DNA from: Candidatus Omnitrophota bacterium
GTDB taxonomy: Bacteria > Omnitrophota > Gorgyraeia > 2-01-FULL-45-10
Direction of reading: 5' to 3'
Assembly (NCBI GenBank): GCA_026387175.1
Contig: JAPLME010000010.1
Location: 138,490 to 202,489, forward strand
Length of the DNA stretch: 64,000 bases
The translations under genes and the position numbers were made by a program. The notes below the pieces were generated by a model. That model was not told the origin of the DNA and ran no database searches. It saw only the letters and a list, made by a program, of their open reading frames with translations. This document shows positions 9,341 to 19,260 of the stretch, one piece after another (within the stretch, counting starts at the first letter, position 1; each line of letters begins with the position of its first letter).

Positions 9341-10080
9341 AAATTATAATCTTAGCCGCAGGCTATGCCGTAAGATTACAGCCGCTCACCCTGAATATGC
9401 CGAAATCGCTTCTGCCGGTCGGTGGCAGAACCATTATCGACCGCATACTCGATAATGCCCGCCGTATTGAGGGTTGGGACAGAATTTACGTCGTTACAAA
9501 TGACAGGTTCACCGGTAAGTTCGATGAATGGCTCGGGACCGTCTCTATCAAAGACAAGATATCGATTATAAACGACGGCTCTACCACTAATGATAACCGC
9601 CTGGGCGCCATAAAGGATATGGCTCTTGTCATAAAGGATAATGCTATAGATGACGACGTACTCGTTGTCGCGGGAGATAACCTCTTCGAACTGGACCTGG
9701 CGCGCTTCATGAAATTCGCAAGGGCCAATAACGGTGTTTCGGTGGCATTGTATGATATAGGAAGCGTGACTCTCGCTAAAAATTTCGGGGTCGTTAAGAT
9801 CGATGAGCGCAATGTGATCGTTGATTTTGAGGAGAAACCGCCAGCGCCGAAATCGTCCCTTGTATCGACCGGCATATATTATTTTCCGAAAAATAAACTT
9901 CCATTTATTCAGAAATATGTTAAAATGCACTCTAATTTAGATGCGCCGGGCTACTATATAGGCTGGCTGAGCAAAGAAGATAAGGTTTACGGGTTCAGGT
10001 TTCTTGAAGACTGGCACGATATAGGAAATATCGAATCTTATAACAAGGCCGATCGTAAATATACAGAAAAGGAGAAATAG
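9337..10080 (+). CDS. Sugar-phosphate nucleotidyltransferase (NTP_transferase fold, mannose-1-P/glucose-1-P type)
   Basis: ATGA start/stop overlap with the upstream gene. N-terminal IILAAGYAVRLQPLTLNMPKSLLPVGG nucleotide-binding motif. Confidence 0.75.
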   Translation: MKIIILAAGYAVRLQPLTLNMPKSLLPVGGRTIIDRILDNARRIEGWDRIYVVTNDRFTGKFDEWLGTVSIKDKISIINDGSTTNDNRLGAIKDMALVIKDNAIDDDVLVVAGDNLFELDLARFMKFARANNGVSVALYDIGSVTLAKNFGVVKIDERNVIVDFEEKPPAPKSSLVSTGIYYFPKNKLPFIQKYVKMHSNLDAPGYYIGWLSKEDKVYGFRFLEDWHDIGNIESYNKADRKYTEKEK

Positions 10081-10083
10081 GAT

Positions 10084-11256
10084 ATGTCGAAGAAGAAATT
10101 TCTTTTCACTTCCGAAAGCGTGACCGAGGGCCATCCCGATAAGGTCTGCGACCAGGTATCGGACGCGGTGCTGGATACTGTCTTAACGCAGGACGAGAGG
10201 GGAAGGGTCGCGTGCGAAACGTACGTTACCATGGGGCTCCTTATAATAGGGGGAGAGATAACGACGACCGCGTATGTGGATATACATAAACTCTGCCGCG
10301 ATCTTCTGAAAAACATAGGTTACACCCATCCGAAATACGGTTTCGATTACCATACCTGCGCTATACTTAACGCTATACACACCCAGTCGCCCGATATCGC
10401 TATGGGAGTGGACGCCGGAGGAGCGGGGGACCAGGGCATGATGATGGGTTACGCTTGCCGCGAGACGCCGGAGCTTATGCCTCTGCCGATAATGCTTTCG
10501 CACGGGCTCTGCAGGAAGCTTGCCGATGTGAGAAAGAAGAATATCCTGAAATATCTCGGGCCCGACGGTAAGGCCCAGGTCACTGTGGAATACCATGACG
10601 GAAAACCCGGCCGTGTTACATCGGTCGTAGTGGCGACTCAGCATACAGAGGAAGCCGTGGACAAGAAGACCGACCTGATGTCGGACGACGCCAGGCGCGA
10701 GATAATAGAGAAGATCGCCAAACCCGTATTGAAAAACTACATCGATAAAGATACGAAGTTTTATATCAATCAGACCGGCAAGTTCCTGATCGGCGGGCCC
10801 CAGTCGGATACGGGCATGACGGGCAGAAAGATAGTCGTCGACACCTACGGCGGATCAATAGCCCACGGTGGAGGAGCGTTCTCCGGCAAGGATCCCACAA
10901 AGGTCGACCGTTCGGCGGCCTATATGTGCAGATACATCGCGAAGAACCTCGTTGGCGCGGGTATAGCCGACAGGCTGATGATACAGCTGGCTTATGTCAT
11001 AGGCAAGGCTGAGCCCCTCTCTATAATGGTAGATACATACGGCACCGGCAGGGTCAGTGACGAAAAGATAGTCGGTATTATCAGGGATCACTTTGAGTTG
11101 ACGCCTCACGGGATAATTGCTGAGCTCGACCTGCGCAATTCCGACGGCAAACGTTTCACGAAGACAGCGGCGTACGGCCATTTCGGAAGAGAAGAAGCGG
11201 GCTTCACATGGGAGAGGACGGACAAGGTTAAGGATCTGAAGAAATACGTTAAATAG
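10084..11256 (+). CDS. metK: S-adenosylmethionine synthetase
   Basis: [24 protein letters not shown] and [19 protein letters not shown] motifs. Confidence 0.95.
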   Translation: MSKKKFLFTSESVTEGHPDKVCDQVSDAVLDTVLTQDERGRVACETYVTMGLLIIGGEITTTAYVDIHKLCRDLLKNIGYTHPKYGFDYHTCAILNAIHTQSPDIAMGVDAGGAGDQGMMMGYACRETPELMPLPIMLSHGLCRKLADVRKKNILKYLGPDGKAQVTVEYHDGKPGRVTSVVVATQHTEEAVDKKTDLMSDDARREIIEKIAKPVLKNYIDKDTKFYINQTGKFLIGGPQSDTGMTGRKIVVDTYGGSIAHGGGAFSGKDPTKVDRSAAYMCRYIAKNLVGAGIADRLMIQLAYVIGKAEPLSIMVDTYGTGRVSDEKIVGIIRDHFELTPHGIIAELDLRNSDGKRFTKTAAYGHFGREEAGFTWERTDKVKDLKKYVK

Positions 11257-11280
11257 TCCACAGCAAATAAAGGATAAGAG

Positions 11281-12537
11281 ATGAAATATGACATTAAGAA
11301 TATAAAGCTGGCTCCCAAGGGCAAGCTTCGCATCGAATGGGCGAATGAGTATATGAACGTCCTCACCCTTATAAGAAAGCACTTCTCGAAAGAGAAACCG
11401 CTCAAGGGCCTTAAAGTCGCATGCTGCCTGCACGTCACCACCGAGACGGCAAACCTCGCGATCACGCTGAAGGCAGGAGGCGCTCAGGTTTACATATGCG
11501 CGTCGAACCCGCTGAGCACGCAGGACGACGTCGCGGCGTCGCTGGTCAAAGACTACGGCATACCGACCTTTGCCATCAAGGGCGAAGATAATAAGACTTA
11601 TTACCGCCATATAGTGGACGCTATTTCGTGCGGCCCGAATATCACGATGGATGACGGCGCGGACGTAGTATCGCTGATACATAAGGAGAAGAAGCATCTG
11701 GTGGGCGATATCCTTGGAGGGACCGAGGAGACGACGACCGGCGTGATCCGGCTGCGCAGCCTGGAGAAACAGGGCCTCCTCTTATATCCCATCATAGCGG
11801 TTAACGACGCCGACACCAAACATCTCTTCGATAACCGTTACGGCACGGGGCAATCGACGATCGACGGAGTGATACGTGCCACCAATGTGCTCATTGCCGG
11901 AGCCAATGTTGTGGTGGTGGGCTACGGTTGGTGCGGCAGAGGCGTGGCAATGAGGGCCAGGGGTCTGGGAGCGAATGTCATCATCGCCGAAGTGGATCCC
12001 ACAAAGGCGCTTGAGGCCGTAATGGACGGTTATAATGTGATGCCCATTAAGGATGCTTGCCGCAAGGCGGATGTATTCGTGACCGTGACCGGCGACATCC
12101 ATATATTAAGGAAAGAGCACTTCGAAGCCATGAAGGACGGAGCCATAATCTCCAATTCCGGGCATTTCAACGTAGAGATAGATATACCGGCGCTCGCGAA
12201 GATGGCGACGAAAGTACGCAAGATCAGAGAATTCGTGGACGAATATACCTTAAAGGACGGGCGCAGGATCAATCTTCTGGGCGAAGGAAGGCTGATCAAC
12301 CTGGCCGCGGCCGAGGGCCATCCGGCCAGCGTAATGGATATGAGCTTTGCCAACCAGGCGCTCTGCAGCGAGTATGTGGCCAAGAACTATAAGAAGCTCG
12401 CCAAAAAGGTATATAAGGTACCGGAATTTATCGATAAGAACATAGCGAAACTGAAACTGGCATCGCTCGGCGTCAGGATAGATACTCTTACGAAAGAACA
12501 GAGGAAGTATCTCGAGAGCTGGGAAGCTGGAACTTAA
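11281..12537 (+). CDS. ahcY: Adenosylhomocysteinase (short, archaeal-type form)
   Basis: 418 aa. NAD-binding GYGWCGRG and the N-terminal substrate domain. Confidence 0.9.
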   Translation: MKYDIKNIKLAPKGKLRIEWANEYMNVLTLIRKHFSKEKPLKGLKVACCLHVTTETANLAITLKAGGAQVYICASNPLSTQDDVAASLVKDYGIPTFAIKGEDNKTYYRHIVDAISCGPNITMDDGADVVSLIHKEKKHLVGDILGGTEETTTGVIRLRSLEKQGLLLYPIIAVNDADTKHLFDNRYGTGQSTIDGVIRATNVLIAGANVVVVGYGWCGRGVAMRARGLGANVIIAEVDPTKALEAVMDGYNVMPIKDACRKADVFVTVTGDIHILRKEHFEAMKDGAIISNSGHFNVEIDIPALAKMATKVRKIREFVDEYTLKDGRRINLLGEGRLINLAAAEGHPASVMDMSFANQALCSEYVAKNYKKLAKKVYKVPEFIDKNIAKLKLASLGVRIDTLTKEQRKYLESWEAGT

Positions 12538-12562
12538 AAGACTGAAAGGAGCTGGCTTTAAG

Positions 12563-13891
12563 ATGGGCAGAAAAGGGATTGATATAGACGCTCTGGCGCT
12601 TGATTTGATATTGAACGATAATACGGACGAGAAGAAGGCGATAGCCGATAAGATTAAGAGCATCGCGTATAAAAAAGGCATCTTCCTGGCGAGCATTAAC
12701 GGGTTCTACATGGCCCGCGGAAGGGGAGAGACCGCTACCGATTTCACGGTGCCCGCGATGAACCTGAGGGTGCTTACCTATGATCTGGCCAGGGCCATAT
12801 TCAGGTCCGCTAAGAAGATCACCGCCGGATGTTTTATATTCGAGATAGCGAAGTCTGAGATGGGATATACGAACCAGCCGCCGGTCGAGTATACGGCTGT
12901 TATACTTGCCGCCGCTATTAAGGAAGGATGGTCCGGGCCGGTATTCGTCCAGGGTGATCACTTCCAGATCAACGCTAAAAATTTCAAGCAGGACCCCGAG
13001 AAGGAACTCGGCAATATACAGACGATCATTCTGCAGGCCATCGAGGCCGGGTTCTACAATATAGATATAGACTCCTCCACGGTGGTGGATCTTGAGAAGA
13101 AAGATGTAAAGAAACAGCAGAGGGCGAACTACGAGTCATGCGCCAGGCTGACCAATTTCATCCGCCAGCACCAGCCGAGGGGTATCGAGGTGTCGGTGGG
13201 CGGCGAAATAGGCGAAGTCGGCGAGAAGAATTCTACCGTCGAGGATCTCGAGGCTTTCATGAGCGGATTTAACAAAAAACTCAGGAAAGGCCGCGTAGGG
13301 ATCAGCAAGGTCAGCGTACAGACCGGGACATCTCACGGGGGCATCGTATTGCCTGACGGGACCATGGCCAAAGTGAAACTCGATTTCGAGACACTCAGGA
13401 CCCTCTCGAAAGAAGCGCGCGAGAAGTATGGCATGTCGGGCGCGGTACAGCACGGAGCCTCGACTCTTCCATCGGACGCTTTCGGCAAGTTCCCCGAAGT
13501 CGGCACGGCTGAGGTGCATCTGGCAACCGAGTTTCAGAATATGGTATATGAGAACCAACACTTCCCGAAAGAGCTGAAAAGCAAGATGTATGAATGGATC
13601 AATAAGAACTTAGCCGGCGAGCGCAAGGCGGGCCAGACCGACGAACAGTTCATATACGGCGCGCGCAAGAAAGCTCTCGGGCCCTTCAAGAAAGAGATCA
13701 TGGGTCTCCCGCAGGCGACCAGGGACGCGATAGCCAAAGATATAGAGGCGAGATTCGAATTCCTGTTCGAGAAGCTTAACGTGAAGAACACCAAAGACGC
13801 GGTATTGAAGCATACTGCCCTGAAGCGTGTTATACACAGGAAGCCTAAAGCGCACGGCGCGGTGGACATGAGCGGAGAAGGCGCGGATTAA
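12563..13891 (+). CDS. Class II aldolase-superfamily protein (FBA/tagatose-bisphosphate aldolase-like, GatZ/KbaZ-length)
   Basis: 442 aa. FTVPAMNLRV, VQGDHFQIN and AGFYNIDIDSS align by eye with the class II aldolase motifs (yAVPAFNvnn, HxDHG, GFTSVMiDGS). Confidence 0.5.
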   Translation: MGRKGIDIDALALDLILNDNTDEKKAIADKIKSIAYKKGIFLASINGFYMARGRGETATDFTVPAMNLRVLTYDLARAIFRSAKKITAGCFIFEIAKSEMGYTNQPPVEYTAVILAAAIKEGWSGPVFVQGDHFQINAKNFKQDPEKELGNIQTIILQAIEAGFYNIDIDSSTVVDLEKKDVKKQQRANYESCARLTNFIRQHQPRGIEVSVGGEIGEVGEKNSTVEDLEAFMSGFNKKLRKGRVGISKVSVQTGTSHGGIVLPDGTMAKVKLDFETLRTLSKEAREKYGMSGAVQHGASTLPSDAFGKFPEVGTAEVHLATEFQNMVYENQHFPKELKSKMYEWINKNLAGERKAGQTDEQFIYGARKKALGPFKKEIMGLPQATRDAIAKDIEARFEFLFEKLNVKNTKDAVLKHTALKRVIHRKPKAHGAVDMSGEGAD

Positions 13892-13957
13892 AAAAAAGGG
13901 ACAGGCATATTTTTACATAGTATGACTAGAATAAAAATATGCCTGTCCCTTTTTTTA
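13891..13957. terminator. Long bidirectional terminator hairpin between convergent genes
   Basis: About 23-bp stem AAAAAAAAGGGACAGGCATATTTTTA..TAAAAATATGCCTGTCCCTTTTTTT. Confidence 0.85.
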
Positions 13958-15046
13958 CGCCCGCTTACGGACCAGATATATTCCCCAGATACCGAATAGG
14001 ACATTGCCCAGCCATGCGGCCGCTATAGGCGGAAGCAATCCGGCCTTGCCGAAGGCCAGAAATATCGCTATAGAAGCATAATATAGCAGGCCTATCGCTA
14101 TACTCATACCTATTCCCATAAGCACCCCGCCTCTCGTATTTACGATGGCAAACGGCGCGCCTATCAGGATTATGATAAAGCTTATAAACGGAAAAGCGAT
14201 CTTATAGTGGAGATCCACGAGAAGCCCTCTGATCAGCCTTGACCCGGCATTCTGGAAATTATCTATATAGCCTTTAAGCTCATTGTAACTCATATAATCG
14301 GCGCGCCATTCATTTGCGGCAAAGTCGCTCGGCCGTTCTTTAAGCTCCACGATCTTTTCATCGAAGAACTCGGGCGGTTTAAGTATCCTCCCGGAGTTGT
14401 CGATAGTGTAAAGTATCACCTTACTGAATTTCCAGCCGTCTTTTGTCCAGGCGCCTCTCTGGGCGGTGATCTTTGATGTCAGGTTCTCTTTGGTATCATG
14501 CTTATGTATTATTATGTCGGAGAGAGTCTTGTTTTCGGTGTCATAGTCACGGGCGAATATGATGCGGTTGCCGACGCCGTAGATCGCGATGTTCTTAAGT
14601 ATCCTGGACTTACCTTCTTTAAATTTATGGCTCTCCAGCTCTTCGCGCCTGATGTAATTGGCGGTCTTGGAAAATATCGGGTTGATCTTGTCGCTTATGA
14701 TAAATACGAAACTGCTTACCAGGAGGCCCAGTGCTAATAGCGGCGTGAGTATCCTCCACATGCATATTCCGCTCGATTTCATCGCGGTGATCTCGCTGTT
14801 CTTGTTGAGGTTAGACAGGAAATATACAGTGGAGAGAAGAGCGGCCATCGGCGCCACCTGCAAAAGTATCGTGGGAGTATAATAGAAGTAGAAAGCCGCG
14901 ATTGAGGTGAAAGGTATCTTGAACTTGATTATTTCATCGATAAAAGAGAATATGTCGATTATTATGGCCATCACGACGAATAATATCATGCACCAGGAGA
15001 ACGGCGCCAGGAACCCCTTAGCCATGTATTTGTCGATAAGTTTCAT
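13955..15046 (-). CDS. LptF/LptG-family LPS export ABC permease (YjgP/YjgQ)
   Basis: 363 aa, six TM helices with a periplasmic beta-jellyroll segment. N-terminus MKLIDKYMAKGFLAPF is typical of the family. Confidence 0.8.
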   Translation of the reverse strand: MKLIDKYMAKGFLAPFSWCMILFVVMAIIIDIFSFIDEIIKFKIPFTSIAAFYFYYTPTILLQVAPMAALLSTVYFLSNLNKNSEITAMKSSGICMWRILTPLLALGLLVSSFVFIISDKINPIFSKTANYIRREELESHKFKEGKSRILKNIAIYGVGNRIIFARDYDTENKTLSDIIIHKHDTKENLTSKITAQRGAWTKDGWKFSKVILYTIDNSGRILKPPEFFDEKIVELKERPSDFAANEWRADYMSYNELKGYIDNFQNAGSRLIRGLLVDLHYKIAFPFISFIIILIGAPFAIVNTRGGVLMGIGMSIAIGLLYYASIAIFLAFGKAGLLPPIAAAWLGNVLFGIWGIYLVRKRA

Positions 15047-15778
15047 TTAAATACCTCTCGCCAGCGTAAGGCAGCGCACGGACTTAGCGCCGCGGTCAAT
15101 AAGCGCGCGGCTCGCTTCATTCAGCGTGGCGCCTGTCGTCATCACATCGTCTATTATCAGCATATCGGCGCCTTCGACGGCTTCCGATTCAATATTCGGC
15201 TTAATTCTGAACACATTTTCGAGATTAACGAGCCTCTCTTCTCTCGAGAGTTCATTCTGGTTTTTTGTGACGCGCGTCTTCTCGAGGCAGCTTATTACCG
15301 GTATGCCCAGTTCTCTTCCTACGAGTTCGGCCAATAACTCGGACTGGTTAAAGGCGCGCGTGAGCGCTCTCTTCTTATGCAAAGGCACGAATGTGATGGC
15401 GCCTGCACCTTCTATGATCTCGGGAACGTCTTTGATGAAATCCAGCATTATCCCGGTGAATACTCCGGAGAGCATCCGTCTATTATTATATTTGAACTTA
15501 TGTATCAATTCTTTTAAAGGGCCCTCATACAGGCATGCTGAATATGCGGCGCTGAAATAGGGGCGCATCTTCCGGCATTCCTGACAGATATCTTCAGGGC
15601 CCTGCATCGATCTCCCACAAGAAGCGCAATAGGGCAGAGGGTTACGCTTTATCTGTTTCAGGCAGAAACCGCACACGCCGTCTTCATTCGCGCTCTCGAG
15701 ATGTTTTCCGCAAGAAGCGCAATGCAGGGGATAGACCAGGTTAATGAGGCTCTTAGCCAGCGCAGCTACTCTATTCAC
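15047..15778 (-). CDS. comF: ComF-family phosphoribosyltransferase-like protein
   Basis: N-terminal paired CxxC zinc-finger motifs. C-terminal PRTase motif LIIDDVMTTGATL. Confidence 0.8.
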   Translation of the reverse strand: MNRVAALAKSLINLVYPLHCASCGKHLESANEDGVCGFCLKQIKRNPLPYCASCGRSMQGPEDICQECRKMRPYFSAAYSACLYEGPLKELIHKFKYNNRRMLSGVFTGIMLDFIKDVPEIIEGAGAITFVPLHKKRALTRAFNQSELLAELVGRELGIPVISCLEKTRVTKNQNELSREERLVNLENVFRIKPNIESEAVEGADMLIIDDVMTTGATLNEASRALIDRGAKSVRCLTLARGI

Positions 15779-15878
15779 AGCGCATATGATAACATGCCTT
15801 ACGGAAGCTTGTCAAACATCCAAAAGTCCTGATTTTTATTTGCAAATAAGCGGAAGATGGTATATACTTAATTATGAA

Positions 15879-15916
15879 AAGTAATATAGTTTAGTTATAA
15901 CTAAACTATATTACTT
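15879..15916. promoter_or_regulatory. Perfect 38-bp palindrome (putative operator) ending 7 nt upstream of the abiEii start
   Basis: AAGTAATATAGTTTAGTTATAACTAAACTATATTACTT is an exact reverse complement of itself. Confidence 0.7.
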
Positions 15917-15923
15917 ACTATTT

Positions 15924-16709
15924 ATGGATCAATATACTCACTTACAATTACGGGAAGTTTTTCATCTTGAATTCCTGAGATGGTTTGGCAGGAAGGTAAA
16001 GGCGGGAGATTATGCTGTTAAGGGAGGCGTGAATTTGCGCCTCTTCTTTAAAAGCTTCCGTTACTCCGAGGATATGGATCTGGATGCGCGCGGTGTCAAA
16101 GTTATTGAGCTCAAAGAGATAGTGATGAAGATACTTAACGCTTCCGCGTTTCAAAATAATCTGAAACCGTTCGGCATAATGAGTATAATGCCGCCGGATA
16201 TCCGCAAAGCAAAACAGACCGAAACGACGCAGCGTTTTAAGATACACCTTATCGCGTCTTCAGGGGAGGACCTCTTTACAAAGGTTGAGTTTTCTCGAAG
16301 AGGCTTTGCCGGAAAAATTGTTACAGGGGCGGTTGACGATGCTATTTTGCGAACTTATAAGCTGGCGCCATTACTGGTACCGCATTATGACGTGCGCTCC
16401 GCTATCGCGCAAAAGATGAGTGCCCTTGCCGATAGAACAGCTGTACAAGCAAGAGACATTTTCGATATTTACCTTCTCAGCTCTCAATATATCGCCGGCG
16501 CCGGGGCATGGATCGACAATATTAAGTTCGGCGTCCTTTCGAAAGCGTATGAACGTGTCTTTGAAGTCGAATTTGAACAGTTCAGGGATACCGTGGTCTC
16601 ATATCTATCCGTCGAAGACCAGCCGGTGTATGATAACCCGCAAACATGGGAAGAGATTCGGCTGAAAGTCGCTCATTTTATCGAAGAGGTGCGCAAGTCC
16701 TATGCGTAG
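15924..16709 (+). CDS. AbiEii/AbiGii-family nucleotidyltransferase toxin (type IV TA system)
   Basis: VKGGVNLRLFFKSFRYSEDMDLD matches the AbiEii N-terminal hallmark (KGGTaLrL..g..RfSeDiDf). 261 aa. Confidence 0.8.
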   Translation: MDQYTHLQLREVFHLEFLRWFGRKVKAGDYAVKGGVNLRLFFKSFRYSEDMDLDARGVKVIELKEIVMKILNASAFQNNLKPFGIMSIMPPDIRKAKQTETTQRFKIHLIASSGEDLFTKVEFSRRGFAGKIVTGAVDDAILRTYKLAPLLVPHYDVRSAIAQKMSALADRTAVQARDIFDIYLLSSQYIAGAGAWIDNIKFGVLSKAYERVFEVEFEQFRDTVVSYLSVEDQPVYDNPQTWEEIRLKVAHFIEEVRKSYA

Positions 16710-17343
16710 AAGATCGATACTTCTGACTATTAATAAACTCAGTAACCGGATATTTACTACCCGTGAAATCGCTATGTCCTCCGGGAAATCATTGTCGGTG
16801 GTCACCCAATCTCTTAATAATCTGGTGCGGAATGGGGTTGTAACTAAGATATGTAGAGGCGTGTGGATGAAAGAGGGGAGTGAAGCGGTGAGCCCATACG
16901 CTGTTATCCCATATTTATTTCCCAGACATCGCGCTTACATCTCATTTATAACGGCGCTTCATCTTTATGGCATTATCGAGCAGATTCCGCAGGTAACGAC
17001 GCTCGCCTCAACAGACCACTCCAGGATCATTCGCACTAAAGCCGGAGTTTTTTATACGCATCATATAGCGCCTTCGTTCTTTGCCGGGTTCGGATGGTAT
17101 AAAGGGAATGCGGGTTTTCTGATCGCCGAGCCTGAAAAAGCGTTGGTAGACAGCCTGTATCTCTCGGCCCATAAGAAGAGGCAGTTTGGCCATTTCCCCG
17201 AGCTTCATTTTCCGGGTTCATTCAGTTTTAAACGCGCTAAGGAGTGGGTGGGTAAAATTAATAGTCCCGCCACGCGTATTTACGTTAAGAGTAAACTCGA
17301 AGCTATTAGAGCGCAATCAAAGATCGCGCCAATATCCTCGTAA
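16702..17343 (+). CDS. AbiEi-family antitoxin/transcriptional regulator
   Basis: Overlaps the upstream stop by 8 nt (ATGCGTAG). N-terminal wHTH ending in the RGVW (RGVY-type) motif, then the AbiEi C-terminal domain (ISFITALHLYGIIEQIP). Confidence 0.75.
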   Translation: MRRRSILLTINKLSNRIFTTREIAMSSGKSLSVVTQSLNNLVRNGVVTKICRGVWMKEGSEAVSPYAVIPYLFPRHRAYISFITALHLYGIIEQIPQVTTLASTDHSRIIRTKAGVFYTHHIAPSFFAGFGWYKGNAGFLIAEPEKALVDSLYLSAHKKRQFGHFPELHFPGSFSFKRAKEWVGKINSPATRIYVKSKLEAIRAQSKIAPISS

Positions 17344-17354
17344 ATACATAAGGC

Positions 17355-17390
17355 ATCGAACCGGTTACAGTTTGTGACCGGTTCTTTTCG
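17355..17390 (+). terminator. Rho-independent terminator
   Basis: CGAACCGGT-tacagtttgtg-ACCGGTTC followed by TTTTCGTTC. Confidence 0.75.
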
Positions 17391-17449
17391 TTCTACAAGG
17401 GTTATTTTTGTTGACGATATGAGGTTAAAGTAGTAATATTTAACCGGCC

Positions 17450-19171
17450 ATGAAGACCACCCGCCTTATAATATTACTGGTAATGACGCTACTTTTAGCG
17501 CCGCCGCGAGCTTTCGCCCAGCCGCCCAATCCTAGCCAGGAGATCGGCGGTATCCAGAGGACTCGCGAGATGGAAGAGAGGGCGAAGAAATTAACATCGG
17601 AAGTTCAAGCGAAGAAACAGAAGCCTAAGATAGAAGAAGAGAAATTACCGTCCGAAATAGCTCCGGCCCTCCCCAACGAAAAGATCCTGATCAAGAATGT
17701 AGTGGTTATCGGTGCCACGCTGATACCGGAAAAAGACATCAGGGCCATAGTCGATCCTTTCGAAAATAAAGAGCTTTCTATTGCGGAGATGCAGAAGGCG
17801 GTGGACCTGATAACGGATGCCTACCGCAAAAAAGGGTATATAACGTCGCGCGCTTATATCCCTCCCCAGAAGATCGAAAATAACAGGTTTGAGATAAGGG
17901 TCATCGAGGGAAAGATGGGAGATCTCGACGTAACGGGTAACCGCTACTATAAGAACTTTCTCTTTAAAAAAAAATTCCTGCTGAAAAAGGGCGAGGCCTT
18001 TAACTACTATGTCCTCGCCAGGACCCTGCGCAAGATAAATGAGCAGCCGGACAGGTTCGCAAAGGCGGTCCTGGTTCCCGGTAAAGAGCCTGGCGCCACG
18101 GATGTCGTGCTGGAAGTGAAAGACGACCTGCCCGCTCATGCGGGAGTTAATTACGACAATTACGGCTCGCGCTACATCCTGAACGACCGCTATCAGTTCA
18201 ACGTTTCACACAATAATCTTTTGGGTTTCGAGGACCTGTTTCAATTCCAGTATACTATGACGCAGGCTGAGACGTATCGTCTTATAGGCGGAAGCTACGT
18301 TCTCCCGCTGACAGAGAAACTTAAAGTGGGATTCTCCGCTCTCTGGGCAAAACTGCATCTATTGAATGACTATAAGCCGCTCGATGTGCGCGGCAAGAGC
18401 GAGCTATACAGCATCTTCGCCACGCAATCTATCCTGGATGAAGAAAAATACAGCGTGAATTTGAATGCCGGATTCGATATAAAAGACGTCTTTAACTTTC
18501 AAAACGACCAGGAGACGAGCCGCGACAGGATGCGCGTAGCTAAGATAGGAATAGACGCCGATCTCACCGATCCGCTCGGGCGAAGTATATTTACAAACGG
18601 AGTAGAGATAGGCATACCGGGCTTCATGGGCGGCCTTAAATACAAGGACCCGCGAGCTTCCACTGTCGGTTCAGGCGGCGAGTTTGTAAAGTATGTTATG
18701 AACTTTTACCGGTTACAGCCGATGCCGTTCGAATCATCGATCCTTTTCAAAAACCAACTGCAGGTTTCGAACAAGCCGCTTACGTCTACTGAACAGTTTC
18801 AGATAGGCGGCATCATCAATACGAGGGGGTATCCTCCGGCTGAACTCGTAGGCGATCAGGGTTTTTCCAGCACGACCGAGTGGTCCTTCCCGGTATATTT
18901 ACTGCCTAAAGACGCGAAGATCCCGTCGACGCAGATCAATTGGTATGATACCGTAAGATTTGTCACTTTTTATGATTACGGCAACGTCCGCTTAAGAAAA
19001 CCGGGAGGCAACGCGAGTAAATTCGGCCAATTAAGCGATTTCGGATGGGGAATCAGATTTAACCTGCCGAAACATTTTTCTTTCAAAGTGGATTTCGCCT
19101 ATCCCATTGATAAAGGCGCTTCCGATGGCAAAACTAACCGCACCTGGATGCAGATCTCGTCGAATTTTTAA
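17450..19171 (+). CDS. Two-partner secretion outer-membrane transporter (TpsB; ShlB/FhaC/HecB family)
   Basis: Signal peptide, POTRA region (ITSRAYIPPQKIENNRFEIRVIEGKMGDLDVTGN) and a C-terminal beta-barrel ending in an aromatic residue. Confidence 0.85.
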   Translation: MKTTRLIILLVMTLLLAPPRAFAQPPNPSQEIGGIQRTREMEERAKKLTSEVQAKKQKPKIEEEKLPSEIAPALPNEKILIKNVVVIGATLIPEKDIRAIVDPFENKELSIAEMQKAVDLITDAYRKKGYITSRAYIPPQKIENNRFEIRVIEGKMGDLDVTGNRYYKNFLFKKKFLLKKGEAFNYYVLARTLRKINEQPDRFAKAVLVPGKEPGATDVVLEVKDDLPAHAGVNYDNYGSRYILNDRYQFNVSHNNLLGFEDLFQFQYTMTQAETYRLIGGSYVLPLTEKLKVGFSALWAKLHLLNDYKPLDVRGKSELYSIFATQSILDEEKYSVNLNAGFDIKDVFNFQNDQETSRDRMRVAKIGIDADLTDPLGRSIFTNGVEIGIPGFMGGLKYKDPRASTVGSGGEFVKYVMNFYRLQPMPFESSILFKNQLQVSNKPLTSTEQFQIGGIINTRGYPPAELVGDQGFSSTTEWSFPVYLLPKDAKIPSTQINWYDTVRFVTFYDYGNVRLRKPGGNASKFGQLSDFGWGIRFNLPKHFSFKVDFAYPIDKGASDGKTNRTWMQISSNF

Positions 19172-19260
19172 GTGTAATTTGAATTCATGTAAAATATAAA
19201 AAAGTAAGCTTTTCTGATTGACTTTCGTTTCCCCAGGGTGTAAGATGAAGATGAGGGAAG

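Noticed and set aside
12057-12392. 111-aa Arg/Gly-rich + strand ORF inside ahcY
   Set aside because: It is an alternative frame of a highly conserved gene with low-complexity basic composition, so it is spurious.
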